Of a stretch of 36,104 nt of DNA, positions 1 to 13,559 are shown one piece after another. A model generated the notes under the pieces. The model did not search any database, was not told the DNA's origin, and saw nothing but the letters and a program-made list of their open reading frames with translations. Positions within the stretch are counted from its first letter, which is position 1; the number at the start of each line of letters is the position of its first letter. Source of the DNA: Welwitschia mirabilis (Eukaryota); NCBI GenBank assembly GCA_051453625.1, contig JBOZIK010000001.1, positions 2,647,206 to 2,683,309 on the forward strand, read 5' to 3'. The position numbers and the translations under genes were made by a program.

Positions 1-800
1 GAGATCATATATTCATCTAGAAATGCTTCAGTTCCTAGCAGATTCTTTCCGGGTGAATGCTGCATACGTATCGGAATCGGATTCCTGTGATCTTTGTGCT
101 CNNNNNNNNNNTTTTATGTTTGAGATGCACACAGTCGTCGTGATCGAGCTTCCTTATGTTTCGGCGCGGCCACCACCTCAAACTTCATTCCTCTTCTCTT
201 GTGGATGAGTGATTTTGATGGAAATCTTTCACATTCGCATTTGCATCCAACTTTATAAATGATGAAGATGACTCTGTGTTAGAATGGCTTTCGCTACTCA
301 TGACACGCTTTTAGAAAGAAAATTGAAGTTTTTTGCTATTTCAAAGTAGAGTATTTTTATTCTTTACTATACTTTGTGAAAAATCCTTATATGATATTCC
401 ATTTAAATGTTAGTTGTAACGGTTATTTAAAATGTGAAGAAAGCCCCCAACACCTATTTCAACTTGTATTTAATGTGATTTGTAAATTGTGTGGTCTGAA
501 ATTGGAATAAGACATATATAAGCCTCGTTGGTTTACTTGATGGTTATGATCTATTCTAAAGAAAGAGAGCAAAGTAAAGGACAGATGAGAAAGCCCTTAG
601 CACCATGTGAGTTGAGACATGGATAATCCATCAAAAGAGGAGATAATTAGAAATCTTCTAAGTTACCCTCCAAAGTTATTAAGCGTACGTACCTAGCCTT
701 GCAATATCTTGAGATGAATTGTTGTAAAATGCATGGTATGAAATGGAATTGTGCACACATTAAGGGGATGTTCTTAAAATGTTGTCATTAAGGAGGCGAT

Positions 801-1245
801 TGTTGGGATAATTTGACATAGATAATGCTAACATTTTATTATGCTAGTATAAGGTCAATAGAAGGAGGTGTCAAATGATATGATGTTATGAAATGGTTAT
901 TCAAAGTTGGCACTTGGCTAAACTAAGTGAAGAGAATTAATGAGAACTTGTCTATTAAAAGCCTAAACTAAGACATGGGTTACATATAATCCATAAATTA
1001 TGGATCCAAGTGAGAACATTTTGGGAAGGTAGTCAAATTAAGATGAGAAATATCATGTATATATTGAGCCTATTAACTAATGAAAAATGTACCTAGCCAT
1101 TATTCCTGACATGACTAGGTGCTAGGGCCTTCATGTTTGATGTATTAGCCTGGTTTCATTTTTTTTTATATATATATGCATGATACATCTTACTCTTATG
1201 GTTATCATGATTTTCTGTATGTTCATTGGGTTTTAAAACCCTTCA
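801..1245 (+). repeat. Possible degenerate LTR (3' LTR or solo) of a Copia-type element
   Basis: PPT-like AAGGAGGCGAT (790-800) runs directly into TGTTGGGA at 801; candidate end AAAACCCTTCA at 1245. No partner copy found in the window. Confidence 0.3.
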
Positions 1246-2529
1246 TTCCTATTAAAGATGACTATTGCTAACTTTGCAACATTGACTCAAAGATATAAGA
1301 CCATGTTATTTAAATTTCCATGCATCAAAGAACTAGGACTTTATCCTAAATCTTAGAAGGATTTTATGGAGACTATAAGTATTGAATCATAATATTAATA
1401 TAGTAATTAAGATGTTACAATGATGTTTACTCCATAGTTTTTACTAGAGTACATAAAGGTTAAGGGTTTAAGTATATCTTCACCTTTGACAATGATAAGT
1501 GGGGCTACAAGGGCCATGATACATAGTAAAAGGGTTGTAAAATTAGATATTTCAATATTAATATATTTTAATGATCATGTTAAATCACATATGTAGTCCA
1601 TCAAGCACAAAAGGATGGTCTCGAAAGCTCAACCTTTGTTTCTAACTATCATCATGCCAATAAAAAGGATCATTATGGTATGGTTATATAATTATTCGAC
1701 ATGGTTTAATGCAAGGTTCAGGTGTCCTACTCCTGGCATGTATCATCATAGCTTAAGTATGCATATGAAATTAAATAATATTTATAAAATATGTTTCATA
1801 ACATGAAATCGTGTGTAAATTATCAGGAATAACATTATTATAATCGTAAATTAATTATATCACAAAGGTCAAATTGGATAAAATCTAATTTTCAATATTC
1901 TAAAACATGCATGAAGTCATTTAGAGCCTTTATCTATATTATAACATAAATTAAATAAAAGGACGTATTAAATCAAGTTTTCATTTCTTCATAAGTCATT
2001 AATAAAAACATCTATGTGCAATTACTTGATAGCTATGAAACCTATACCAATCTACTGCGTTATTTAACCAAGGTCTTATATTGTTTAAAATACTCACCTA
2101 TAGTATCATAAAAGAAATTAAAAAAAACTTCTATTTTAGGAATTTACTTCAAGCAAGTCTCATTTGACATAAAATAATTTATTTGTCTAAAATTACATGT
2201 ATCATTTGTTACACTTACTTTTCATGTTGATGATAATGGACTAATGTTGTTATCATATAGGGGCTCTCAATAAATGTAAGATAATGTTATTCTTCCATAA
2301 AGAAAACATAAATAATACTAAATTAATGAGTATTAGTTTCTAAATAAAAATTTTAGATATAAAAAGTTTAAGAAAAAATTCAATTATGTTAAAGCTGTAA
2401 GGGGTCCATTTAGTGATAATGTGCAACACTTAAAATGTATATCAAAACTATAATTAATACAACATGCTTTAGAAATTCATATTCCATTTATGAATGAAAG
2501 ATATATGATACTTATGTAATGTCTATCAT

Positions 2530-3771
2530 TGTTGTGGTGGCTATTTATGCGAATGTTACATCCTTTATTAAATCCTGTCAGTTACAAATATATGTACAAA
2601 CATAACACACTAATATAAATGGGAGTAGACCTGAATGTTGTAATTCATTAAAGACACTAGGTGAGAAGAAAGAGGATTGATTTTCGTGAAGTATTTTTTA
2701 AATTTTTCTTTTAGGTTCAACAAAAGAAAAAGTGCAATGCAAGAAAAGTAAAAAAGCTATGCAATGTCAAATGCAAACTACTCTAAATGCGATATCTATC
2801 TGACTATGAAATCTTTGTTATCAAGATCAACCTGGTCTAACCTAGATGAATCAAGGAAACTATCACTAACCAAAAGCAATCAAGGATATTAAGTGAATTG
2901 AATAGAATATGGAAAACATGCAATGATTAAGCTAAGAAATAAAAAATGCAATGCAAGTCCTAAACTAATGATTTCAACCTTGATAAAGGTTGTCCTTCAT
3001 AACCTATATCAATTATAATACTGTCACAGAATCATAACCAACATAAACCATAAGAGACAAACACATCAATACATAAAACTAAAAGAAAATTTTCATTAAA
3101 AGTTGAACCAACATTCTATTACAAAATGACAACACCTTAATGAAGGAGACATAGCACAACACCAAGGAATACTCTTCTCTATAACTAACAGATGAACCTA
3201 TAGTCCTTTGATCTCCATCATGAGAATTTCTAGTGTAACAAAGATGATTGAACCTAATGTTGAAGTCGATATTTATTTATAACAATAGACTCAAAAATAG
3301 CAAATCTAATAGTTGCAATAAAACTATAATGGATGTGTAAAATGGTGCATGACACATTGCACAAGTTAGTAAAGTTTGATACATTGGCTAAAAATACTGA
3401 TTTTCTTGTATGTCATCCAAATGATGATGGAGAAGATTCCACATTAAAAGACTTCTATATTTAGCCTTCACATTGGTCTAGTTAGCATTCTAGTGGTGTC
3501 ATCGAGGTGGTTGTCTAGATGATGAAGGGGACGACAAACTTCTTCAAGCTCTTTCATCGAGTGAGCTTGACCTTATAGAACATTAATTCCTCCTCAAAAT
3601 GTGAAGTATTATGATTGCTTAAAAATGACTCAAAATATGCTAGTAATTGTGCATTTATATGATTTTCTCATTGACTCTTAATAATCATCATTTTGTGCTT
3701 AGGCTTATCTAAATGTCCTACGAAACTATGCAAAATGCTCCATCAGAAACATATAATATGGCATCGCAACA
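2530..3771 (-). repeat. 3' LTR of element A
   Basis: Starts TGTTGTG and ends CGCAACA (terminal inverted repeat); aligns along its length with 10069-11310, e.g. shared TTTTCGTGAAGTATTTTT and GACTCAAAAATAGCAAATCTAA. Confidence 0.92.
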
Positions 3772-4533
3772 TAGCTTCTTAGTTAGCCTTGTCAATCCCA
3801 GATAATATTAGCTAATAACTATACTTGTAAGCCAAATTGACTAAGATAAACACTAACTAGGAAATTATAAACTAAGCTCAAAAATTTCATTATGTAGGAT
3901 AAAATCTCAAAATATAATAAACTAAATGTTTTATCTTGGTAAGTGATGTAATCATGCTAACATTTGAAGTATCATTTAGACAATAGTCAGGACTACAGGC
4001 TCTTAAAAATCTATCTATAAAATCAAATGTCTACAACTAGGCACATTAAAAAATATGACTAAAATAGTTACCGATGCATTATCCCTCAACTTAAAACATT
4101 TAGCACATTAAAAAGATAGAAATTAGATGTTATAACAAAAGAATCATCATAAGATATTATCATAAAAACTTAAATAAATGATGTTAATGTATAATAAGAA
4201 AAATTAATAACTCAAAAATGACATTCATATATCAAACATTGAGTTTTTAAGCATAATTTATAAGGGAAAATATATCAAAAATAATCAATCATAACATTAT
4301 TCTTTTTATTGATGATCTTTTGATTACTTGGATCATTCTACAAAGAAAATAAACTGCAAATATTTTGTTATTAAGTACATGGTTTACTAAATATTTTCCA
4401 TAATGTATATCATTCAAATAATAGGCATTTAAAATTGGATTAGTATAGTACAGATATGTCTCATAAAAATGTAAAAATGACCCTTAAAAATTTTTAAAAA
4501 AAATTCTTAAAATATCTCAAATATATGTCCTAT

Positions 4534-4566
4534 CCCCCTTCCCTCCCCCAATCCCCTCCACACCCC
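4534..4566 (-). other. Potential G-quadruplex (five G-runs on the minus strand) in the 3' non-coding region of element A
   Basis: Plus strand reads CCCCC-TT-CCC-T-CCCCC-AAT-CCCC-TCCACA-CCCC. Confidence 0.5.
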
Positions 4567-6320
4567 ACAAGTGAATCAATATGTCCTGTATTGCATTAAT
4601 GTAAGAAGGAAAAAAATGGAAACACAAGTTAAGTACAAGTAAGCAAAATAGATAAGACTAGAAGAAACATTCTGTGCATGAAAAGAAGGGTCAAAAAGAT
4701 AAAATGGAAAGATAATGCACTCAGAAAATATCTGTGTGTCATCCACCTGATCGTATGAATGACAAGGTGGATGACAAGATTCTTAAAAGATTCAAAAAGA
4801 ATGAAAATATTAGCTGAATAAGTTAAGCTTAAATGATATCATAGAGGTTTACCAGAGAGTTCAAAAGATGGAAAATGGTTAAGAATCATGATAAATTAAG
4901 ACATAATAAAGGATGTGAATGCACTAAGCTAAGAAAGATAAATGTGTCATGGAGTCTCAATTATTGAAAAATAGTACTAGATGCATTAAAACTCAAAAAG
5001 TAAATTAAAAAAGCTAAAATTAAAAATATTCAAAAGAATAGATGGAAAAAATTAGCATCATAAATCAAAGAAACTTTATTTACTTAAAAGAAAGTTAACT
5101 TTCATAAAAAAACTACAAATGAAAATAAAATTTAACAAGATGAACTACTAGATGATCAAGTCCTATGTATTTGTAATGAAAAAGTACAAAAATAACTTTG
5201 AAATATCAAATAGAACAACTAAGGAAAAGAAAATGAAAATGAACAACTTAGAAACATGTATAAGATTTTGTACCTATCCTAAATTCAAACCTATCAAATC
5301 GTCATAGAAGAAATCATAAAATCACCTGATTAATGATGCATGATATAATGCAAAAACTTTATAAAGTATCATTCTAATAGATAATGATTATGAAGATGGC
5401 AAGTAACTAATGTTTTCAAATAATGAATGATAAAATCAAAATCTTATCAAAAATTAACTTGCCTATTAACACCTCAAAACACACATAAATCCTCAAAAGT
5501 GAAATGATCATGCGAGAATACTATAAGCTCAATAAGTCTAGGGAATAAGCAATGCCTCTGATGATATCAAGAATACAACTGATCTTGTACCCTCAAAGTA
5601 TTTATTATTATTCTACAATGAAGAGAATGCAACCATCATTGGACAAGTAGGAACCTATGAAGCATGGACAACTGACCCCCTAATGGAGTTCCATAGCTAC
5701 CAACACTACCAAAGGTTCCTCTTAGTAAAATTTACCCTAATATGGTAGGATATCATGGTACTCATGTATTTAGCACAGAAATAATAGANNNNNNNNNNNN
5801 NNNNNNNNNNNNNNNNNNNNNNNNNNNNNNNNNNNNNNNNNNNNNNNNNNNNNNNNNNNNNNNNNCAACATGTCCACACTCTTGCAAAGATAAAGGTTAA
5901 GAAATGAGATGATAAATAAGTAAAGAATATCCCCAAATAACCAACAACTTCCACCATTCAAAGAAAATACAAAACACTAAATCATCTTCCTTCAAATAAA
6001 GTTCATAGACAATTGAATGTATTAATATTGAATGAATCCAATCTTATCACTTTTGAAATGCCCAAATAAAAATTACTAATTATGGTAAATTCATAAAGTA
6101 AAACATAAGTTAAGTTAAATANNNNNNNNNNNNNNNNNNNNNNNNNNNNNNNNNNNNNNNNNNNNNNNNNNNNNNNNNNNNNNNNNNNNNNNNNNNNNNN
6201 NNNNNNNNNNNNNNNNNNNNNTATGGTAAATTCATAAAGTAAAACATAAGTTAAGTTAAATATGTTCAAGTGATAGCATAATGTTCACCAAAATAATCAG
6301 CTAAGAAAAAATTCAGATAA

Positions 6321-6470
6321 TTCATGGATTTGTAGCTTTTATCCATTCTTTTTAATTTCCCTAGTGTTTAAATTTGAGATCTCAACTATTCCAGAAAAAT
6401 GTACTTTCTATAAGAGATAATGACCTAATCATCTAGAGGGTAATCTGCTTATTAGAAATAAAAACCAAAG
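6321..6470 (-). pseudogene. pol: Athila-type integrase C-terminal (GPY/F module) remnant
   Basis: Manual minus-strand translation SRLPSR*LGHYLL*KVHFSGIVEISNLNTREIKKNG*KLQIH resembles the Athila pattern GKLKSRWSGPF..V.PHGAVEI...FKVNGQRLK. Confidence 0.7.
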
Positions 6471-9119
6471 ATAAAAATAAATTTTATTTAAATCCTAAAT
6501 TATATTAAACACTTTATTCTAAAGAAAGAAAAAGAAATATTCATTCCTAAGGCTATGGTTCTAAGATATTCCATTTTCTCAAAAAATTAAGGATCAAACC
6601 AAATATTAACAAATTAATAAAACATAAAAGTTATACAATCATTTTTTAGTAAAATCAATTGGAGTTAAATACAATAAAAGGATAAAAATTTGATAGCACG
6701 TATTTTAAAATCTAAATAAGAGATAAAGAAGTGATAAATCTAATTGAAGAATTATCTCTTATTAAAATGACATATATCATGAGTGTCACTATATAATGCA
6801 TGCAAAGAACTACTCAAAGAAAAGATCCAAAAATAATTTGAAGGCTTTTTAGATTGTCTAGTAAGATTATGAAGCTTTCTGATATTTAACTTAAGAAATG
6901 GATTTTTGGTAAAGAAGTAAGGGTTTTTCCAATTAGCATGACCAATTGTCTTCATAAGATTTACTAATAATATAAAAGATAAAAACTTTATATAACTCAT
7001 GAAAAAATAATCTCTTATCAAATTCATGATGTAAAGAATTTGAAACATATGTTTCATTTAAGGCTTAATATTAAACATGGGAGACATGAATGGTACTATT
7101 ATTAATCCAAGGCTTTTGAAGAGACTTCTTAGGATGATTGATTAAGATAGGTTTAATATACTTAAGAATCTAATTAAGTTTCAATTCTAAGTGTTGATTT
7201 AATTCAAGAAGATAATATTTGTCCTAATTTAGAGTTCCAATATATTCCAAGTCTTGTTTTTAAAAAGAGGAATCATTAAATGCATAAGATAAAGTAGACT
7301 TTGTAAAAGAGGAAAAGATGTAACCTTGAGATTTACATGGATTTATAAGAGGAAAATCTTGAAAGAATTTTTTGGAGTAGATTTCCCAAGGATATGTGTT
7401 TCATTAAAATTAAGGTTATGTATTTCATTAAGATAATGTAGAAATAGCAGTGGAAGGAGGGATGCCATTTAAGGTTTTTAATGAAAGTTCAAGTGAAAGG
7501 AATGGAGAATAATATGTAGATATTTTAAGTTGGTTTATTTCATTGAAAGGCATAAGTCTATTCTCCATTAAGTTTGGCTAATTTCCTATAAGCTCTTCAT
7601 TATTCTTATCCTCTAATTATTGACTTCATCATTATTTGGTAGAATTATTTCTTCATTATTATCTTTAATTTCATTATCTTTATTGATATCATTGATTATA
7701 TCTTACTCTTATTTATTAAACTCAATATTGTTTTATTGAGGATTATTTTTATTTTCTAAGTTGGCAAATTTCTTAAAAAGATCACTAAAAAGATTATAAA
7801 GTGAAAAGTNNNNNNNNNNNNNNNNNNNNNNNNNNNNNNNNNNNNNNNNNNNNNNNNNNNNNNNNNNNNNNNNNNNNNNNNNNNNNNNNNNNNNNNNNNN
7901 NNNNNNNNNNNNNNNNNNATTATTAAATTATTACTACTGACTATTATCTTAGACTATTGGTTAGACGACATAACTATACAACTTCCTTTGACATGAAAAT
8001 TCTTCACTGATTTCTTTTTCTTACATAAAAACTCTAGTAATTTTATATATTAGACTTCAAATATGGGTTTAACATCTTCATTATAAAGTAAATTAAAACT
8101 AGGGATATGATCAAGTATCTTAATATCACTTCTTCTTCCTAATCATCCTCATCATTTTGTTACATTCCATTATTTTCTAATTCATTAGATNNNNNNNNNN
8201 NNNNNNNNNNNNNNNNNNNNNNNNNNNNNNNNNNNNNNNNNNNNNNNNNNNNNNNNNNNNNNNNNNNNNNNNNNNNNNNNNNNNNNNNNNTTATCGAAAA
8301 GAGAAATGTATTTATTATCTTTATCATGGGTGAAAGAATCTTTGGATTTTTCTTAAATTAATTCTTTTATTTCATTTTTATTTTCTAAAAGGAATTGAGT
8401 GAGATTATAATTTAGTTCATTATCATCCATTAAATAGTTATCTTAATTTGTATTATTAGATAATAGAGTTGAATCATCATTATTCTTATTTTGTTGTCCA
8501 TCTCCTTCTAGTTATTCATTTATGATTTCATTTTTTATGTTGAAGCAAGAATTGTTGTTACTTGATTCTATGTCCTCCTCATTCTTCTCAAGATGGGATG
8601 AAGTAGAATAGGTTTAAGTTGTAAAAGAATCTTGAAATTGTTGATTTTGCAATAAATTTTGTTAAATGACATTAATCATATTTGCTATCTTCTTGTTTTT
8701 TTCTTTTAAATTTTTGTAAGAAGATTCTAGATTTTTGTTGATACTTTCTTACTTCCTTATCATTTTGTCAATCGTTTGTTTATCATGGTTATTTTTTTCT
8801 TCAGGATAACTCATGATAAATGGATCTTCTTCTTCATAATAATTGATAGGAGATAGTTGTTCTTCATAATAGTTGATAGGAGAAGAAAGGGATTCACAAA
8901 AATGATTATATGATATTTCATTTGCTGAGGTGAAATTCCTAAAATGTTACATATCATCATTGTCATGTTCAAATGAAGCTTGTAAATAAGGATGGGGAAA
9001 ATAAGATGGTTAAAAAGAGGAAGGGACCCAATTCCTAGTCTTAACATTATTTGGTGTTGTCCATTTTTTTAATGCAAGAATTTATATAAAAGAATTATTT
9101 CTATTATTTTTATTAGAAA

Positions 9120-9347
9120 CTATATTGTTTCTCCTCCTTCAACTCTCAATTCAACTAATATTTCATGAAGTGGTCTCTTATCATTATTTTTCAAAGTGGG
9201 TGAGAATGATGAACAAAAATAATTCTCATTTTTGGATTCTACATCATCATTAGGAGATAAATCAAAAGATCTTAGTTTTTCATGTCTCCTTCTAGCTATT
9301 AACTTTCTAACAATAACATTCACTTCTAAATTAGAGGGTTCTATCAT
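9120..9347 (-). pseudogene. gag: Athila-type gag N-terminal remnant
   Basis: ORF MIEPSNLEVNVIVRKLIARRR... resembles the Athila gag start (PFDPEIERTLRRLRR) and lies ~700 bp downstream of the PBS in element orientation. Confidence 0.5.
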
Positions 9348-10047
9348 GATTTTTATTAAGTGATGCTACTTATTAATGAAAAAGGGGATAAAAGGATTTT
9401 TCTACTATTTTATTATTTTCACTACTACTCTTCGAAAATTTGGCTATAAGAATACAAAATTAAAAAAAATTTCTTTAAATCTTAGAAACTAAGTACTTGG
9501 GAGAAGCACACCTAAGTTTTACATCTTATCGAGTAAGCCTTTTTAAATATTTTTCTTGATGAAGCTTTATTCCCTTAAATATTTTAGGTTTTTAACAATT
9601 TTTTTACATTCTTGTAGGCTTAGAAAAATGTCTACCTATGTTTCATCTCCATCATTATCCAAATGACTAAAAAATAGAAAAATCCAAAATAGAGAAAACA
9701 AAAAATAGAATCATTGAAAATCAGAATAGAAACCTATTGTCAATTATCTTCTTGTTTCATCTAGATGATCAAGGAGATGATATCAACTTATTATGTGTTG
9801 GAAAACTAAAGACAACATATAAATATTTATCAAAAGTAAAAAAGAAAAAAAATAAAACCCTAACCCTAGGTCATCATTCACATGTGTTGTCTAGATAACA
9901 AATAGGACAACAGGCTTAAAAAATGCAAAAAATGACAAAAAATATGATATTTATAGTAAAAATATAGTGCTACCACAAAGAAATACCTGAATCAAAATTT
10001 AAAGCACTTATCTGGGTAACAGTCATCCTTGAACTCTTTTATGGCCT

Positions 10048-10065
10048 TCTTGAGCAACAACACCA
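10048..10065 (-). promoter_or_regulatory. Primer-binding site of element A (decayed Athila-type)
   Basis: Minus strand TGGTGTTGTTGCTCAAGA, 3 nt from the 5' LTR, is a mostly C>T/G>A-decayed form of the Athila PBS TGGCGCCGTTGCCGGGGA. Confidence 0.75.
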
Positions 10066-10068
10066 AGA

Positions 10069-11310
10069 TGTTATAATGCATATTTATGAAAACGTTACAT
10101 TCTTATCAAATCCTATTAATCACGAATATATGCACCAACATAATATACTAATATAGATGAGAGTGAATGTACATGTTGTAATCTATTAAAGGCACAAGGA
10201 AAGAAGAAAGAGAATTAATTTTCGTGAAGTATTTTTAGATTTTTCTTTTAGGTTTAACAAAATGAAAAGTGAGATGCAAGAAAACTAAATACACTATGTA
10301 ATGCAAAATGCAAATAACTCTAAATTCAGTATCTATCTGACTACTAAATCTTTGTCACCCTAAGATCGGCCCTGTATAACCTAGATTAATTAAGGAAACT
10401 GCCACTAACCAAAACTAACCTAGGCTGTCAAGTGCATCGAAGAAAATATGGAAAACATGCAATGATTAATCTAGGAAATAAAAAATGTAATGAAAGTCCT
10501 AAACCATTGATTTTAATCTTGACAAAGGTTGTCCTTAATGAGCTATATTAATTATGAAACTATCACAAAATCATAACCAACATAAACTATAAGGTACATG
10601 CACATGAATATATAAAACTAAAAGAAGATTTCCATTAAAAGTCAAAGTAACATCTTGTTACAAAGCAGTAGCACTTCAATAAAGGAGACACAGCCCAATA
10701 CTAAGAAACACTCCTCTCTGAAACTAATGGATAGTTGTTTAATCCTTTAATCTCTTATCATGATAATTTCCAATGTAACAGTGATGATTGGAGTTAAGAA
10801 TGAAGGTGGTATTTATTTACAACAACAGACTCAAAAATAGCAAATCTAACAAATGTAGTAAAATTCTAATAGATGTGTAAGAGGGTGCATAACATATTGT
10901 ACAAGTTAGGTGAAGTTTGATACATTGGCTAAAAATAGTGGGCATCTTGTATATCATCTGGACAATGGTAAAGATGATTCCCACATCAAGAGAGTTCTAT
11001 ATTTAGCCTTATGTTAATCTAGTTAGCATTCTAGTGGTGTCATCCAAGTGGTCATCCAGATAATGGAGGGGATGATAGACTTCTTTAAGTTCTTTCATCA
11101 AGTGAATTTGACCTTGTAGAAAATTAATTCGTCTTAAATTATGAAGTATTATAGTTGATCCAAAATGCCTCCAAATGTGCTGGTAATTATGCATTTCCAT
11201 GATTTTATCCTTGACTCTTAATAATTTTCATTTTGTACTTAAACCTGTCTAAATGTCTTACAAAACTACTCAACATACCCCATAACAATATGAGATTTTA
11301 CATTGAAACA
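10069..11310 (-). repeat. 5' LTR of element A
   Basis: TGTTAT...GAAACA; same length (1242 bp) as 2530-3771 and colinear with it. Confidence 0.92.
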
Positions 11311-12137
11311 TCATTTATTTCGATTGTAAAGATATACTAACATAAAAAATAAGAGAACTTATTAAATATGTAATGCATTAATAATACGATAGACTATACC
11401 AATGATACAAAGAAGCATCAAGGATAAAAATCACCATTAGATATCAATATCCTATTATAAATAAATATCTGTAATTACTAGAAAAGTTCCTTAAAGGTAT
11501 AAGATCAATACATCCATAGCTCCATTTCTGAAAGGACTAGCCTCCTAGCTAAAAGGACTTAAGTGGTCATGGAGACTCTAAGTAAAATATTATAGATAGT
11601 AGATTTAATTATTCAATGGATGTTCTCGTTTGGTTTATAATGTAGGCTCATAAGTTAATATTAGTTATTCATCCACAGTTTGATTTCTGCAAGTAAAAAA
11701 TTGATGTACTAATGAACTAGATTATGACAGTGCATTTCTAAAGCTTCTTAACACAATCTTAAGTGAGCACTATAGGTCTTTCTTTTGGAATTTTTTTTAA
11801 TGCATCCAAGTTAACATTGAAAATAGTGTTAAAAGATATTTTAACAATTTAAGATCTTAACATTATTTCATAAGTAAGTTACAATGAATATTGATATTAA
11901 AATGATAAAATAAGCATAAATAAGTGGTAAATATATATGAAATCTATGATTCAATACATTTTCACCCATCTTTTCACTAGTTCCTTAGTACTTCATATCA
12001 AAATAGACGTATGTAAATTATATGCATTGTTAGAAATAGGTCTAAACTATGTCAAAAAGATTAGCATGTCATTTACAAATATGATAATGTTCCATATGGA
12101 TCAACTATAAAATGGCTAATTTCATTTGTTATATCAC

Positions 12138-12183
12138 AAAATCTATGAGATATGAAGGATAAAATCTATGAGATATGAAGGAT
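12138..12183. repeat. Perfect 23-bp tandem duplication
   Basis: AAAATCTATGAGATATGAAGGAT x2. Confidence 0.9.
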
Positions 12184-12713
12184 AGACTGAAATAAGTAAA
12201 TGAATAATTGCATAAAACTATATAAATGCATGTGTAAATAATTATCAAGTATCTAAAGTATTTTAAAATTACATCAACCAAATTCCATATGAAGTTATTA
12301 ATTATCTTTTTAGTTTTAGTATCTTATATGATTCTAATTGAATTAAGTCCTCCCTAAAGCTTATATTAATCCAATCCATGAACTAATAGGTACCTATAGA
12401 TGCTATTATTTCAATATTAATTACTAAAATTTTATTAGTATCATTTTAACAATAATGAAGAAGATGAAAAATTTTATCGAAAATTTCCTAAATTAGCATT
12501 TTACAACTAGATATGATGAATTTTTTTATGTGGAATATACAAGAGATAGTTTAAAAAATATGAAAAAAATGATAATCAAAATAGAATAAAGAAGCACAGT
12601 CTCATATATTACATCATAGAAGACCCTATGAAATAGGTAAGTAATATGTCTAAGCATGAAAAATATGTATCATATCATATAGATAGATAGACATGTGTGT
12701 GTATGTGTGTAGA

Positions 12714-12740
12714 GGGTGGGGTGGTGGGGGATAGGAAGGG
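12714..12740 (+). other. Potential G-quadruplex
   Basis: GGG-T-GGGG-TGGT-GGGGG-ATAGGAA-GGG fits G3+N1-7 x4; follows a short (TG)n tract. Confidence 0.5.
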
Positions 12741-13559
12741 AGGAATTAAAGGGAAAAGTTGGAAGAAGTAAATAAGAGAGAAAATAATAAAATAGAGAAT
12801 TATTGGATTTCATAGAAAAACTTATAAAAAATTGAGTCTAGAGCAGTGTGAGAATGGCATGATTATGGGATCACTAACCTTCCCTTCTATCTTTTTCTAG
12901 GCCCTTATTAATTCCGTCTTCATCATGGTTTATGACTCTACGATACATCCTATAAGAAACTATCATCTTTGAAATATTAATTCTTTAGTAATTAAATAAA
13001 CTTCTAAGATTTTTAAGAAGGTAGCATGGAAGAAGGAAAAGGAGGCAAAGTAAGCTAAGAACAAGTGAACTACCTAGAGGGAGTGGTTTTTTTGAATGGA
13101 AAAGATAATGAGTGAGAAATATTAGGTTGCTAATCAAGTCTTATGCATCATTTTATCTATCTAGTATCTCCATTTATAACGTTGAGGATGTAGATAGAAT
13201 TATAGGTTGAAGGATCTATACCTACTTTTTCTACTTTTATAATAATAATGTTTATGATAAGGTAAGATAGGTATTAGTTTTTCTAATAGCCTTTATCAGC
13301 TTATTCATAATAAATAAACACATATTATCTTAAGTTCTAAGGAGTATGGTTCTCATAAGGTGAATAGAGATTTATAAGCCTTTGTGACATGGGTATTAGT
13401 GTGAACATTATTAATGTTAAATCTAAATTATTTTAACTTATTCTTAAACATATTATTCATGCTAATAATAAGTCTATTAAAGCTATCCTATATTACTAGC
13501 TATTAATTCCTACATCATATTAGAAAAATGAATACAAGAAATATTAAGCATACTAATCA

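Larger units (their letters stand above)
2530..11310 (-). mobile_element. Non-autonomous Athila-like Ty3/Gypsy LTR retrotransposon (element A), degenerate
   Basis: Two colinear 1242-bp direct repeats with TG...CA ends (2530-3771, 10069-11310); TCAT on both outer flanks (2526-2529, 11311-11314); decayed Athila-type PBS; gag N-terminal and integrase C-terminal remnants; no RT/RH detected. Confidence 0.88.

Noticed and set aside
23..208. 61-aa ORF at the window start
   Set aside because: Short, spans an N gap and has no recognisable domain.
6081..6262. ~40-bp direct repeat flanking an N gap
   Set aside because: Same assembly-overlap pattern.
11009..11200. 63-aa ORF within the LTR of element A
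   Set aside because: Lies in the LTR, is not reported as an ORF in the partner LTR, and has no recognisable homology.
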